A stretch of DNA of 40,303 nucleotides from contig WFPV01000211.1 in assembly GCA_015487405.1 (NCBI GenBank), positions 1 through 40,303 on the forward strand. Reading direction: 5' to 3'. The first letter of the stretch is position 1. The number at the start of each line of letters is the position of its first letter. Shown one piece after another: positions 9,963 to 20,000 of the stretch. This stretch comes from Aquifex sp. Its GTDB lineage: Bacteria > Aquificota > Aquificia > Aquificales > Aquificaceae. Below the pieces are notes generated by a model, which saw nothing but the letters and a program-made list of their open reading frames with translations, had not been told where the DNA came from and ran no database searches. Made by a program: the position numbers and the translations under genes.

Positions 9963-10256
9963 GGTTCTTAACGAAGTAGATGATAGTAAGTAAACAAATC
10001 AAGCGAGAGAAGGAGGGAGCAAAAATAACAAAAGAATGCTTTAGTTTTTCGCTTAAATGCTACCAATTTGTCTCTTAGCTTAGAATGCAATGCTTCATTC
10101 CTATTTACCCTTCTATACTTCATTTCCCTTTGTCCCTATATAACTCTCACATCTCATCTATGTTTACATTCTCTTGTCCGCTTTCTCTCCCCTTTTTTTC
10201 CACATTTAGGACACATCATACTTCCTTATTTCCTCTCGTCTATTTCGTAAACTACC
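9963..10256 (-). mobile_element. Internally deleted IS1-family element (MITE-like, 294 bp)
   Basis: Imperfect 24-bp terminal inverted repeats at 9963-9986 and 10233-10256 (18/24 match, GGT ends). Minus-strand fragments MMCPKCG, DEM*/SYIGTKGNEV* and NRNEALHSKLRDKLVAFKRKTKAF resemble IS1 transposase motifs. Confidence 0.8.
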
Positions 10257-10257
10257 T

Positions 10258-12246
<1,989 letters not shown>

Positions 12247-12254
12247 AATAGCCC

Positions 12255-12279
12255 CTAATTGAAAAATGTATTCAATTAG
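12255..12279. promoter_or_regulatory. Fur-like operator upstream of the ferritin-like gene
   Basis: Perfect 9-bp inverted repeat CTAATTGAA-AAATGTA-TTCAATTAG (TTGA-N9-TCAA core). Confidence 0.55.
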
Positions 12280-12725
12280 AAAACTTTGTCAACTAAGTGC
12301 TGGACGTATTCCATAGCGGTGGTGGAGGGTTTCCTCTCACCGGTGGCAAGCTTTATAACTTGGGCATACATGAGAAGGAGTCCCCCGAATATGTTTCTGT
12401 ATTCGGACTTTAGATCCTCCCCTACCTCCATCTCCACCGGAGGTATGAAAGCTATGTATTCTAAGAGCTCATCCGCTCCCATATCCTGCTCTATCTTCTG
12501 GAAGTTCTTTATATGCTCTTCCAAGGCTTTCGTAATGTTTAGGTCAGCTATGGTTATGAAGTCCCTTCCGTTCCAGCGGGCTCTTTGTTCGGCTCCGTGA
12601 AAGAGCTTTCCAAAAGTTGCCTTCACTCCGTCAAGGAGCATCTTGATGGTTTCGTCCGTCAGGTCTATCTTAAGCTCCGTTCTGAAGTAGTGGTCCAGTT
12701 TGTCAAATCCCTTCGGTCTAATCAT
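12276..12725 (-). CDS. DUF1931 family double histone-fold protein (A. aeolicus aq_328-like)
   Basis: RPKGFDKLDHYFRTEL...ARWNGRDFI.ADLNITKALEE closely matches aq_328 as recalled. ATG 12725 preferred over TTG 12809, which would overlap the divergent gene. Confidence 0.88.
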   Translation of the reverse strand: MIRPKGFDKLDHYFRTELKIDLTDETIKMLLDGVKATFGKLFHGAEQRARWNGRDFITIADLNITKALEEHIKNFQKIEQDMGADELLEYIAFIPPVEMEVGEDLKSEYRNIFGGLLLMYAQVIKLATGERKPSTTAMEYVQHLVDKVF

Positions 12726-12750
12726 AGCTTCTATTTTAGAATATTTGGGT

Positions 12751-13518
12751 ATGATTAGGGCGAGTTTTCCCAAGGCTGTCGTATTTTTACACGCTTTTCC
12801 CTTGAACAAGGATATGTATAGGGCTCAGTTCTGTGCCTTTGAGAGGGAGGGAATCCCCTACATAGCCTTAGATTATCCCGGATTCGGAGACGCTCCCAAC
12901 CTTCCCGGAGAGTATTCCGTAGAGAGACTAACGGACTACGTGATTAACGAGGTTAGGAAATTTCGCGTAAAAGAAGTGGTCTTCGTAGGGGACAGTATGG
13001 GCGGATACATTATGTTTGACGCCTGGAGGAGATACAGGGAAATCGTTAAGGGTTTTGTTTTCGTTGCCACCAGGGCGGAAGCAGATACCGAAGAGGGTAA
13101 AAAAGCCAGATACGCGCTCATAGAGCGCGTGGAAAAAGGAGGAAAGGATTTCCTAATTGACGTAATGCTTGAGAACCAGACTTCTCCCGCTACGAAGAAG
13201 GACGAGAGTAAGATGAGGAAGCTAAGGTGCATAATGGAGAGAGCTACAAAGGAGGGGATAATTAAGACTTTAAAGGCTCTCGCGGAAAGGAGGGACAACA
13301 CCGATTTACTGCCGACTATAGACGTTCCTACGCTCGTTATAGCGGGAAGGGACGACGAGAAAGTTACGCCACCTGAGGTCGTGAAGAAGATAGCGGACGG
13401 TATTAAGGGAGCTAAATACTACGAGCTTGAAGACGCGGCACACCTGCCTCCCTTTGAGAATCCGAAGAAGTTTAACGAGATAGTGATTCCGTTTGTAAAG
13501 GAAGTCCTGGGTCTATGA
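12751..13518 (+). CDS. Alpha/beta fold hydrolase
   Basis: FLHAFP, DYPGFG, GDSMGG nucleophile elbow, GRDD, AAHLPP. ATG 12751 preferred. Confidence 0.92.
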   Translation: MIRASFPKAVVFLHAFPLNKDMYRAQFCAFEREGIPYIALDYPGFGDAPNLPGEYSVERLTDYVINEVRKFRVKEVVFVGDSMGGYIMFDAWRRYREIVKGFVFVATRAEADTEEGKKARYALIERVEKGGKDFLIDVMLENQTSPATKKDESKMRKLRCIMERATKEGIIKTLKALAERRDNTDLLPTIDVPTLVIAGRDDEKVTPPEVVKKIADGIKGAKYYELEDAAHLPPFENPKKFNEIVIPFVKEVLGL

Positions 13519-13532
13519 AATAAATTAAGTTT

Positions 13533-13736
13533 ATGGAGTGGGGACAGGTTTTAACGATAATCTTCGGTGTTGCGGGTTTTATGTCAATTTTCGCTTTTCT
13601 ACTCAATAAAAGGATTGACGACCTAAGAGAAGAGGTGAAGGAAGTCAGAAGTGAAATCAAGGAACTAAGAAGTGAAATGAGGGAAATAAGGGAACTCCTT
13701 TACAAAGCCTTAGGTGTTGAAACTAAGAAAAGCTGA
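13533..13736 (+). CDS. Small single-TM coiled-coil protein (heptad repeats)
   Basis: N-terminal hydrophobic helix, then KRIDDLREEVKEVRSEIKELRSEMREIRE encoded by degenerate 21-bp repeats. Confidence 0.7.
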   Translation: MEWGQVLTIIFGVAGFMSIFAFLLNKRIDDLREEVKEVRSEIKELRSEMREIRELLYKALGVETKKS

Positions 13737-14799
13737 GCTCCTCCCGGATAGCTTTTAGATAACACTCCTTTACCTTCCTTCCCATCTCCTTTAAATCCAC
13801 CGAAGGTATCTCAAATTCAAAAATTAAAAACCTCAAGAGCTCCTTTAGCTCCTCCGTAGTGTTTGCCTGAAAGCCAAGTCCAAGGCTGAGGAGAATCTCC
13901 TTTAGGTCCTTAACTTTGTGGGTGTATCTCCCGAAAACTACGGGAGTATTGTAATAAGCGGGCTCAAGGAGGTTGTGCCCTCCCACGGGAACGAAGGTTC
14001 CTCCTACTATCGCTACCTTTGCGTAAGCGTAGAGGTCTCTCAAGAGTCCCAGTTTATCAATTATTAGGACTTCCCAACCGGCTTTCTTTTCGGAATACAG
14101 ACTCGTTTTAAAGCCAAAGCTCTGGGAAAGCTCCTTCACTTTTTCACTGCGCTCAACGTGGCGGGGTGCGATTACGAGTTTAAAGTTCCTCAGGTTTAAC
14201 TCCTTAAAGGCTCTTAAAATAATCTCCTCCTCCCCCTCGTGGGTGCTTCCGGCCACTATGTAATTACCTTTTGGAAGACCGAGGCTTTTGGGAGTGTGCT
14301 CGGAGATAAGCTTTAAATTACCGCAGGTCTTTACTTTTTTAGCTCCGAATCCTTTAAAGATTTCTGCATCTTTTTGAGTTCGTGTGATAATCAGGTTGAA
14401 GTCTTTTGCGAGCAGTCTTTCTAATAGCGTCCCCTTGGCGTAGGCGTTTATCAGGATTTTTTTCGCTTTTGTGAACTTTATAAGGGATAGCCAGAGCTCC
14501 CTCTCAAGGATTATCAAAGCCTTAGGCTTTATCCTTTCCTCAAAGCTCTTTATTAAAAAGGGAAGGTCCGCGGGCAAAGGGTAAAGGGCATCGTATTCTT
14601 CGGAAAATTTCTCTAAGTAGCTCCGTGCCCTCGGGGAGGAGTAGGTTAGGAGGATTTTGTGTTCTTTTTTAAGCTCCCTAATTATAGGTAAAGCGGTATT
14701 AAACTCTCCTACGCTCGCGGTGTGTATCCAGAGGGGGTTTTGGATTTCGGGCATTTCTTTGAGAAACAAGCGTTTGGAAAGCTCCCAATTCTTGGACAT
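13723..14799 (-). CDS. waaA: 3-deoxy-D-manno-octulosonic acid (Kdo) transferase
   Basis: LWIHTASVGE, ERELW, AGSTHEGEE, APRHVER, GGHNLLEP. ATG 14799 preferred. Confidence 0.95.
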   Translation of the reverse strand: MSKNWELSKRLFLKEMPEIQNPLWIHTASVGEFNTALPIIRELKKEHKILLTYSSPRARSYLEKFSEEYDALYPLPADLPFLIKSFEERIKPKALIILERELWLSLIKFTKAKKILINAYAKGTLLERLLAKDFNLIITRTQKDAEIFKGFGAKKVKTCGNLKLISEHTPKSLGLPKGNYIVAGSTHEGEEEIILRAFKELNLRNFKLVIAPRHVERSEKVKELSQSFGFKTSLYSEKKAGWEVLIIDKLGLLRDLYAYAKVAIVGGTFVPVGGHNLLEPAYYNTPVVFGRYTHKVKDLKEILLSLGLGFQANTTEELKELLRFLIFEFEIPSVDLKEMGRKVKECYLKAIREELSFS

Positions 14800-14817
14800 T
14801 TGTAAACTATATATTTT

Positions 14818-15714
14818 ATGCACTGCTTTATTAACTATAAGAGAGTAGAAAAACCGCTCAGAATTCCCAACTTGGAGGTGGAAATCGGATTCGGGAGGGG
14901 GGATTTCATCGTAAAGCTTGCAAAAGAAAATCCTGAGAAAAACTTTTTAGGGATAGAGCTCTCGGGCATCTCCCTTGAGAAACTTCTCAAGAGAGTGAAG
15001 AAGGAAGGCTTAAGTAACGTTTTCTGCACACGCGTTGACGCCTATTGGGGCTTTTACCTCCTTTTTGAGGACAATTACCTTGAAAACATCTACATGAACT
15101 ATCCCGACCCCTGGTTTAAGAAGCGCCACCACAAGAGGAGGCTCACCACTCCCGAAAGACTTTATATCTTTGCTAAGAAACTAAAGACCTTCGGTGAGAT
15201 AAGAGTAAGGAGTGATAACTACGACTTTATAGAGTTTACGAAGGAAACGGCGGAAACCTTGGAATGCTTTGAGATAGAGGAGGGAAGGTTAGAAGTTAGT
15301 GAGCCTTTGACCAAATACGAGGCTAAGTGGCTCTCTATGGGGAGGGAGCTCTATAAACTGGTTCTAAAAAAAGTTAGAGAGCCTAAGTTTGTTGAGCATC
15401 CCAGAATAGAGGAGGTGAAGGAGTTGTTTCCGGTAAAGATACCGAAGGTAAGTGTTGATAAAGAAAAGATTCAAAATACCGAGCTAAAGCTCGGTGATAA
15501 GGTTTACTTCAAGACCTTCAAAGTCTGGGAAGGGGAAAAGGGGTACTTAATTGAGAGCTTGCTCTCAGAAGAAGGTTATTACCAGAAGTTCTTTATAGAG
15601 GTGAAAGTTAAAGATGATGGGATAGTTGTAGACGTTTCACCCTTCAGCGAGGTTTTAAGAACAAGGAATTTACAAAAGGCTATAGAAAAGGTAGCAGAAC
15701 TTTTGAGCTCTTAA
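14818..15714 (+). CDS. trmB: tRNA (guanine-N7)-methyltransferase
   Basis: EIGFGRG SAM motif, [19 protein letters not shown]. Confidence 0.95.
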   Translation: MHCFINYKRVEKPLRIPNLEVEIGFGRGDFIVKLAKENPEKNFLGIELSGISLEKLLKRVKKEGLSNVFCTRVDAYWGFYLLFEDNYLENIYMNYPDPWFKKRHHKRRLTTPERLYIFAKKLKTFGEIRVRSDNYDFIEFTKETAETLECFEIEEGRLEVSEPLTKYEAKWLSMGRELYKLVLKKVREPKFVEHPRIEEVKELFPVKIPKVSVDKEKIQNTELKLGDKVYFKTFKVWEGEKGYLIESLLSEEGYYQKFFIEVKVKDDGIVVDVSPFSEVLRTRNLQKAIEKVAELLSS

Positions 15715-15950
15715 ACTTTTGCTTCTCCCTTTTCTTCGGACTTCGCTGTTTCTTCCTTCTTCTCTCCCTTTACATCTTCAGCCTTCACTTCCTTAATCGG
15801 CTCGGTTTCTCCAGAAAGGGCTTTCCTGAAGTTTCTTATTCCCTCTCCAAGGGCTCTACCCGCCTCGGGAAGACGGGACGCTCCAAAGAGTAGGAATACT
15901 ACCGCTAAGATTATTAAAAGCTCGGTAAAAGATATTCCTCCAGGAAGCAT
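15711..15950 (-). CDS. tatA: Twin-arginine translocase TatA/E
   Basis: [34 protein letters not shown]. Confidence 0.93.
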   Translation of the reverse strand: MLPGGISFTELLIILAVVFLLFGASRLPEAGRALGEGIRNFRKALSGETEPIKEVKAEDVKGEKKEETAKSEEKGEAKV

Positions 15951-16126
15951 CACTGTTCCTCCTTCTTCCCCTCAAGCTCTTTTTTATCTTCCTCTGAAAG
16001 AGATTTCTTAAAGTTTCTTATTCCCTCTCCGAGTCCCCTACCGAGCTCGGGAAGTTTAGAGGCTCCGAAAACGATTAGGATAACGAGAAGTATAAGTAAT
16101 AGCTGCCATGGCAGAGGAAAGTGCAT
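15950..16126 (-). CDS. tatA: Second TatA/E paralog (58 aa, absent from the ORF track)
   Basis: Manual translation [58 protein letters not shown]; AGGAGG SD upstream. Confidence 0.92.
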   Translation of the reverse strand: MHFPLPWQLLLILLVILIVFGASKLPELGRGLGEGIRNFKKSLSEEDKKELEGKKEEQ

Positions 16127-16177
16127 TAAAACCCTCCTTTAGGAATAATTTAGAGGGGGCGAAAGGGAAAAGCAAGC

Positions 16178-16396
16178 TCAGTAAACGACGTAAGGGAGAA
16201 GTCCAAGCTGGCGGGCTCTCTTTATCTGAACGGCGAGCCTCCTCTGATGCTTTGCGCAGAGTCCCGTTTGCTTCCTGGACTTGATTCTTCCTCTCTCTGT
16301 CATAAAGTTTCTGAGCTCTTCGTAGTTCTTGTAATCTGGCTCCCTTTTTTGTTCACAATACATACAGACTTTCTTCTTAGCAGCCTTTATAACCAT
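16178..16396 (-). CDS. rpsR: 30S ribosomal protein S18 (Zn-binding type)
   Basis: CMYC, DYKN, TERGRI, TGLCAKHQR, IKRARQLGLLPY. Confidence 0.97.
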   Translation of the reverse strand: MVIKAAKKKVCMYCEQKREPDYKNYEELRNFMTERGRIKSRKQTGLCAKHQRRLAVQIKRARQLGLLPYVVY

Positions 16397-17111
16397 AGCT
16401 CCTTACCTCCTCTACAAATTTTTGTAAATGCTCCAAAGAGTCAAGGGGAAACCAGTGGTTAATGTTCAAACGCTCTAAAATTTTTCTTCCTTTTTTATCG
16501 GTCGTCATCTCCCAGAGGGCTTCCAAGATGTTATCCCTCTGGTTTTCATACTTAGGAGAAAGCATGATTACATGAGAAGCTATCCTTTCGTTGCTCTCGT
16601 AAATAGGAACTACTCCCTCCTTTGAGATTCGGGTTAGGTCGTTCCAGAAATCCTTATAAAGGAATCCGTAGGGTGCTACTCCCCTCTTTACGTCGCCCAG
16701 AACCTTCTGCCAGGAGTCTCTGTTCTCAAGCTCCGCGTTTATTCCCTTTTTGCGGAGAATGTGCATCCTCAAGAAGCTCGCAAACTGATTTGCAACGTAA
16801 AGAACCTTTTTCCCCTTTATAGCTTCTAAGGATTTTTCCTCTTTTTCGTTGGCTATTATTACAACTTCGTCGTAGTTGTCGTTTCCGGCTACAGGTATAA
16901 ATCCTAACTCTTCACTAACCTTAAGGGCGTCTAAGGGGCTTGAGTAGGTTAAATCAACCTCGGGTAATTTTTCGTAATAGCAACTGAAGTCCAAGCAGTT
17001 TTCCAAGGAAAATTTAATCCCTGTCTTCTTAGAAAGGTAAGAGATAAAGTCTATCCAGGTAACGGTATCCTTTACAGTGTCGTGGGGACAAATTGCGACC
17101 TTTAGGTGCAT
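16377..17111 (-). CDS. PhnD/SsuA-like substrate-binding-fold protein without signal peptide
   Basis: W..FISYLSKKTG, DLTYSSP, LEAIKGKKV, SHVIMLSP, GRKILERL pattern resembles the phosphate/phosphonate-binding family. Confidence 0.7.
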   Translation of the reverse strand: MHLKVAICPHDTVKDTVTWIDFISYLSKKTGIKFSLENCLDFSCYYEKLPEVDLTYSSPLDALKVSEELGFIPVAGNDNYDEVVIIANEKEEKSLEAIKGKKVLYVANQFASFLRMHILRKKGINAELENRDSWQKVLGDVKRGVAPYGFLYKDFWNDLTRISKEGVVPIYESNERIASHVIMLSPKYENQRDNILEALWEMTTDKKGRKILERLNINHWFPLDSLEHLQKFVEEVRSYGYKGC

Positions 17112-17128
17112 TTAGTTCTCTCCTTCCC

Positions 17129-17581
17129 TTAAAAGGGTATCTCATCTTCCTCGCCAAAGGGGGTTTCCTTTTCCTCGGAGGTTATCTTTTTTATGTCCTC
17201 TTCAATGCTGGAGAGGGTTTCCTCCTCTTCGCTCACCTCGGGTTGCTCTTCGGCACCTTTGGGTCGGCTGACGAGCTTTACGCTTTCCGCCACTATCCTA
17301 ACCTTGGAGAAGGTCTTTCCTTCCTTCTCCCATTTTTCCTGAACAAGCCTTCCCTCAACGAGAACTAAGTATCCCTTTGAGAAGCGAGTTCCCCAGTCCT
17401 CCGCACTCTTCCCGTAAGCTTTCACGTCAAAGAAGTGGCTTTCTTCCCTCCACTCTCCGCTCTGGTCCTTATACCTGCGGTTGTAGGCTACGGTGAATTC
17501 TACGACGGGCGTTCCGCTTGGAAGGTAGGTTATTACGGGGTCCCTCGTAAGCCTTCCTATAAGTAAAACCTTATTGAGCAT
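17129..17581 (-). CDS. ssb: Single-stranded DNA-binding protein
   Basis: LNKVLLIGRLTRDP, KGYLVLVEGRL, acidic tail DEIPF. Confidence 0.97.
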   Translation of the reverse strand: MLNKVLLIGRLTRDPVITYLPSGTPVVEFTVAYNRRYKDQSGEWREESHFFDVKAYGKSAEDWGTRFSKGYLVLVEGRLVQEKWEKEGKTFSKVRIVAESVKLVSRPKGAEEQPEVSEEEETLSSIEEDIKKITSEEKETPFGEEDEIPF

Positions 17582-17912
17582 TTTTCCTTACTTCACTCTC
17601 CTTTATCTGGAAGTTGAGCCACCTTATCACGTCCTCGTCAATCTTCAGCTGGAAGTCAAGCTCGTTAGGAAGTTGGGGATTTTCGGTCTTGAACTGAAGT
17701 ATGTAATACTTTGCGTTGGTGAACTTCTGTATCGGATAAGCGAGGGTCTTCATTCCCCAGTCTTCCTCGTAGAGGATTTCTCCGCCTTTCTGTTTGATAA
17801 ACTCCTTGATTTGTTCAACTTTTTTCTTCATCTCTTCGTCGCTCAAGGTGGGCTTTAGTGCAAATACGGTCTCGTAATACCTTAAGGTCTTGTAATGTCT
17901 AAGTCTCGGCAT
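17571..17912 (-). CDS. rpsF: 30S ribosomal protein S6
   Basis: RYYETVF, EDWGMKTLAYPI, DEDVIR. Confidence 0.97.
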   Translation of the reverse strand: MPRLRHYKTLRYYETVFALKPTLSDEEMKKKVEQIKEFIKQKGGEILYEEDWGMKTLAYPIQKFTNAKYYILQFKTENPQLPNELDFQLKIDEDVIRWLNFQIKESEVRKNAQ

Positions 17913-17975
17913 TCTTCTTACCTCCCGGACCGAATTTTTTCGGGTCTCCCCGCAAAAGGCGGGGAAACGAGGCTA
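17913..17975 (-). promoter_or_regulatory. Structured rpsF leader (candidate S6:S18-binding element and/or speE terminator)
   Basis: Minus strand has two hairpins (CCCCGC/GCGGGG and CCGAA/TTCGG), GCCTC able to pair with the GGAGGT SD, and CCG just before the SD. Confidence 0.45.
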
Positions 17976-17986
17976 ATTAGTATATT

Positions 17987-18829
17987 TTAGTATTTATACT
18001 CTCCGCTTACAAGCTTTTTATAAAAGCCCTCCGGTAGGAAGGCGTACTCGTGCATCTCCTTGTCGTAAATCTTTGTCTGAACTTTCACTTCCCTTGCGGG
18101 AGTTCTGACGGGATACTTTTTAGAGGCTATGGAGAAGGTCCACCAGTATCCCGCGTATATGGGAATAACGGAAGTATAGAGGTCAACTATGGGGAAGACA
18201 TTTTTAAGTCTTTGCTGAATGGTTCTTACCATATCAAGGTGGTAATGGATGGACTCGGTCTGGGCTACGAAGATACCGTCCTCCTTCAGTGCTCTGTGGA
18301 CGTATTTGAAAAACTCTTCTGTCGTGAGGACGTGGGCAAAGCCTACGGGGTCCGTGGAGTCAACGATTATGACGTCAAACTCGTTCTCGTAGTCCTGTAT
18401 GTATTTGTATCCGTCTTCGTTAACGACTATGGCTCTGGGGTCCGAGAATCCTACCGAGAGCGTGGGGAGGTATTTTTTAGAGACCTCTATTACTTCTTTA
18501 TCTATATCAACGAGGACCGCTCTCTCCACAACGTCGTGTTTCAGGACTTCCCTCAGGGTTCCCCCGTCTCCTCCTCCGATTATTAGAACGTTCTTAGGGT
18601 TCGGGTGTGCGTGCAGCGGAACGTGGGCGAGGTATTCGTGGTAAAGGAACTCGTATTTTTCGTCCAGCTGAACCACTCCGTCAAGGATGAGCATCCTGCC
18701 AAACTCGGGACTTTCTATCACCTGTATTTCTTGATAGGGGCTCTTTCCTTGATAGAGTATCTTGGAGACGGTGTAGCAATGTCTTATGGGTGCGTATGGG
18801 TCTCTTTCTATGAAGACTATATCCCTCAT
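17987..18829 (-). CDS. speE: Polyamine aminopropyltransferase (spermidine synthase)
   Basis: LDGVVQ, VLIIGGGDGGTLREV, DVIIVDSTDP. ATG 18829 preferred. Confidence 0.95.
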   Translation of the reverse strand: MRDIVFIERDPYAPIRHCYTVSKILYQGKSPYQEIQVIESPEFGRMLILDGVVQLDEKYEFLYHEYLAHVPLHAHPNPKNVLIIGGGDGGTLREVLKHDVVERAVLVDIDKEVIEVSKKYLPTLSVGFSDPRAIVVNEDGYKYIQDYENEFDVIIVDSTDPVGFAHVLTTEEFFKYVHRALKEDGIFVAQTESIHYHLDMVRTIQQRLKNVFPIVDLYTSVIPIYAGYWWTFSIASKKYPVRTPAREVKVQTKIYDKEMHEYAFLPEGFYKKLVSGEYKY

Positions 18830-18839
18830 AAACTTTATT

Positions 18840-19808
18840 TTAGCGTTCAAAGAAAACTCTAAGTCCGTAAATGAAAGCCTCTTTTTCTTCGTTGAGGTAT
18901 TGAATGTCTAAATTCACCGTAAGGTATTTAAGTATTTTTAAAGAATAATAAAGCTCCGCTACCGAGTGGCTAATTTTTTTGTCGAGATAAGCGTATCCAA
19001 ATCCGAGCTTATCCTGAAGTAAAAGATTTTTGAGTTCAATTCCACCGCTCAAAAAGTCTTGAGAGTTTCCCGAACCGAATCTAAAGAAGATTCCCGCTTT
19101 TTCGGAAAGTGTTATGTCTCCCGAAATACCGAAACCTTTTGAGTTTCCACCGAAAACGTAGGAGTAGTAGGGTCTGAGGTTAAAGCCTCCGGCGGATATC
19201 TCGAGTTGGAGTATTCCCGCGTTTCCGGGGTCCGGCTCGTTGTCTATGTAAAAGAGAGAAAGGGCTAAGTTTCGGGAAAGCTCGTAGTGAAGGTAAGCCC
19301 CGGGATTGTAGGAAGGCAAGGGAACAACTTGATTGTTTATGAGTGCGGTATTTAGAAACTGAGTGTGTTCGTCGTTGGCGTATTCGTTGGTATCTATGTA
19401 GCTCGTAGAGTCAAGGAGTCCTACAGAAAAGTTAAGATTTTTAAAGCTTTTTTCGTAGGCAAGTTCCAATAGATACTTCCTACCGGTGCCGTTTATGTCT
19501 TTAAGGTAGCTCTCCAAGTCGTCTCCCGTCGGGGTGAGTGTAAAGCCTTCTTCTTCGGTTTTCTTAGTTATTCCATCACCGAAGGTAATTGAAGCATTTA
19601 AAAAGAGTTTATCCTCACCGTTTAGGTCAAGATAGAAGAAAATGTGGGAAGTGTTGTAAAGTGCTCCGTAGCTCCTATACTGCTGGAAGACGGAGGTATT
19701 GATAAAGTTAATTCTATGCTCGTGAAAGAGGTGTTCCTGAACGAAGGGCTTTTCTATCTGCTGGGCGAAAGCGAGAGTGGTCAAAAGAATCATTACGATA
19801 AGTAGCAT
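18840..19808 (-). CDS. OprB-like outer membrane porin
   Basis: Signal peptide, D.NEYANDEHTQFLN motif, alternating beta-strands, ELYY..., C-terminal YGLRVFF. ATG 19808 follows GGAGG. Confidence 0.78.
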   Translation of the reverse strand: MLLIVMILLTTLAFAQQIEKPFVQEHLFHEHRINFINTSVFQQYRSYGALYNTSHIFFYLDLNGEDKLFLNASITFGDGITKKTEEEGFTLTPTGDDLESYLKDINGTGRKYLLELAYEKSFKNLNFSVGLLDSTSYIDTNEYANDEHTQFLNTALINNQVVPLPSYNPGAYLHYELSRNLALSLFYIDNEPDPGNAGILQLEISAGGFNLRPYYSYVFGGNSKGFGISGDITLSEKAGIFFRFGSGNSQDFLSGGIELKNLLLQDKLGFGYAYLDKKISHSVAELYYSLKILKYLTVNLDIQYLNEEKEAFIYGLRVFFER

Positions 19809-19828
19809 AACAGCCTCCAATTTTGAAA

Positions 19829-19845
19829 TTGATATTAGGTATCAT
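19829..19845. promoter_or_regulatory. Fur-like box upstream of porin
   Basis: TTGATATTAGGTATCAT (TGATA-N5-TATCA palindrome). Confidence 0.55.
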
Positions 19846-19895
19846 TATACAGATTCCTTTACGAAAACGGCTGATAACAATTTTTGCATTTACCT

Positions 19896-19925
19896 ACAAA
19901 ATTGTCATTAAATCTACAATTTTGT
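19896..19925. promoter_or_regulatory. Upstream activator-like inverted repeat
   Basis: ACAAAATTGT-N10-ACAATTTTGT perfect 10-bp inverted repeat containing TGT-N10-ACA. Confidence 0.55.
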
Positions 19926-19958
19926 TATTAATCAGTAAGTAAATAAATACCTACAGAG

Positions 19959-19974
19959 TGGCACGGGAGTTGCA
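19959..19974 (+). promoter_or_regulatory. Sigma54 (-24/-12) promoter of the cooS-like gene
   Basis: TGGCACGGGAGTTGCA matches the TGGCACG-N4-TTGCW consensus exactly, 26 nt upstream of the ATG. Confidence 0.8.
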
Positions 19975-20000
19975 AGGAGAAAGACGGAGGTGGGAGAACG

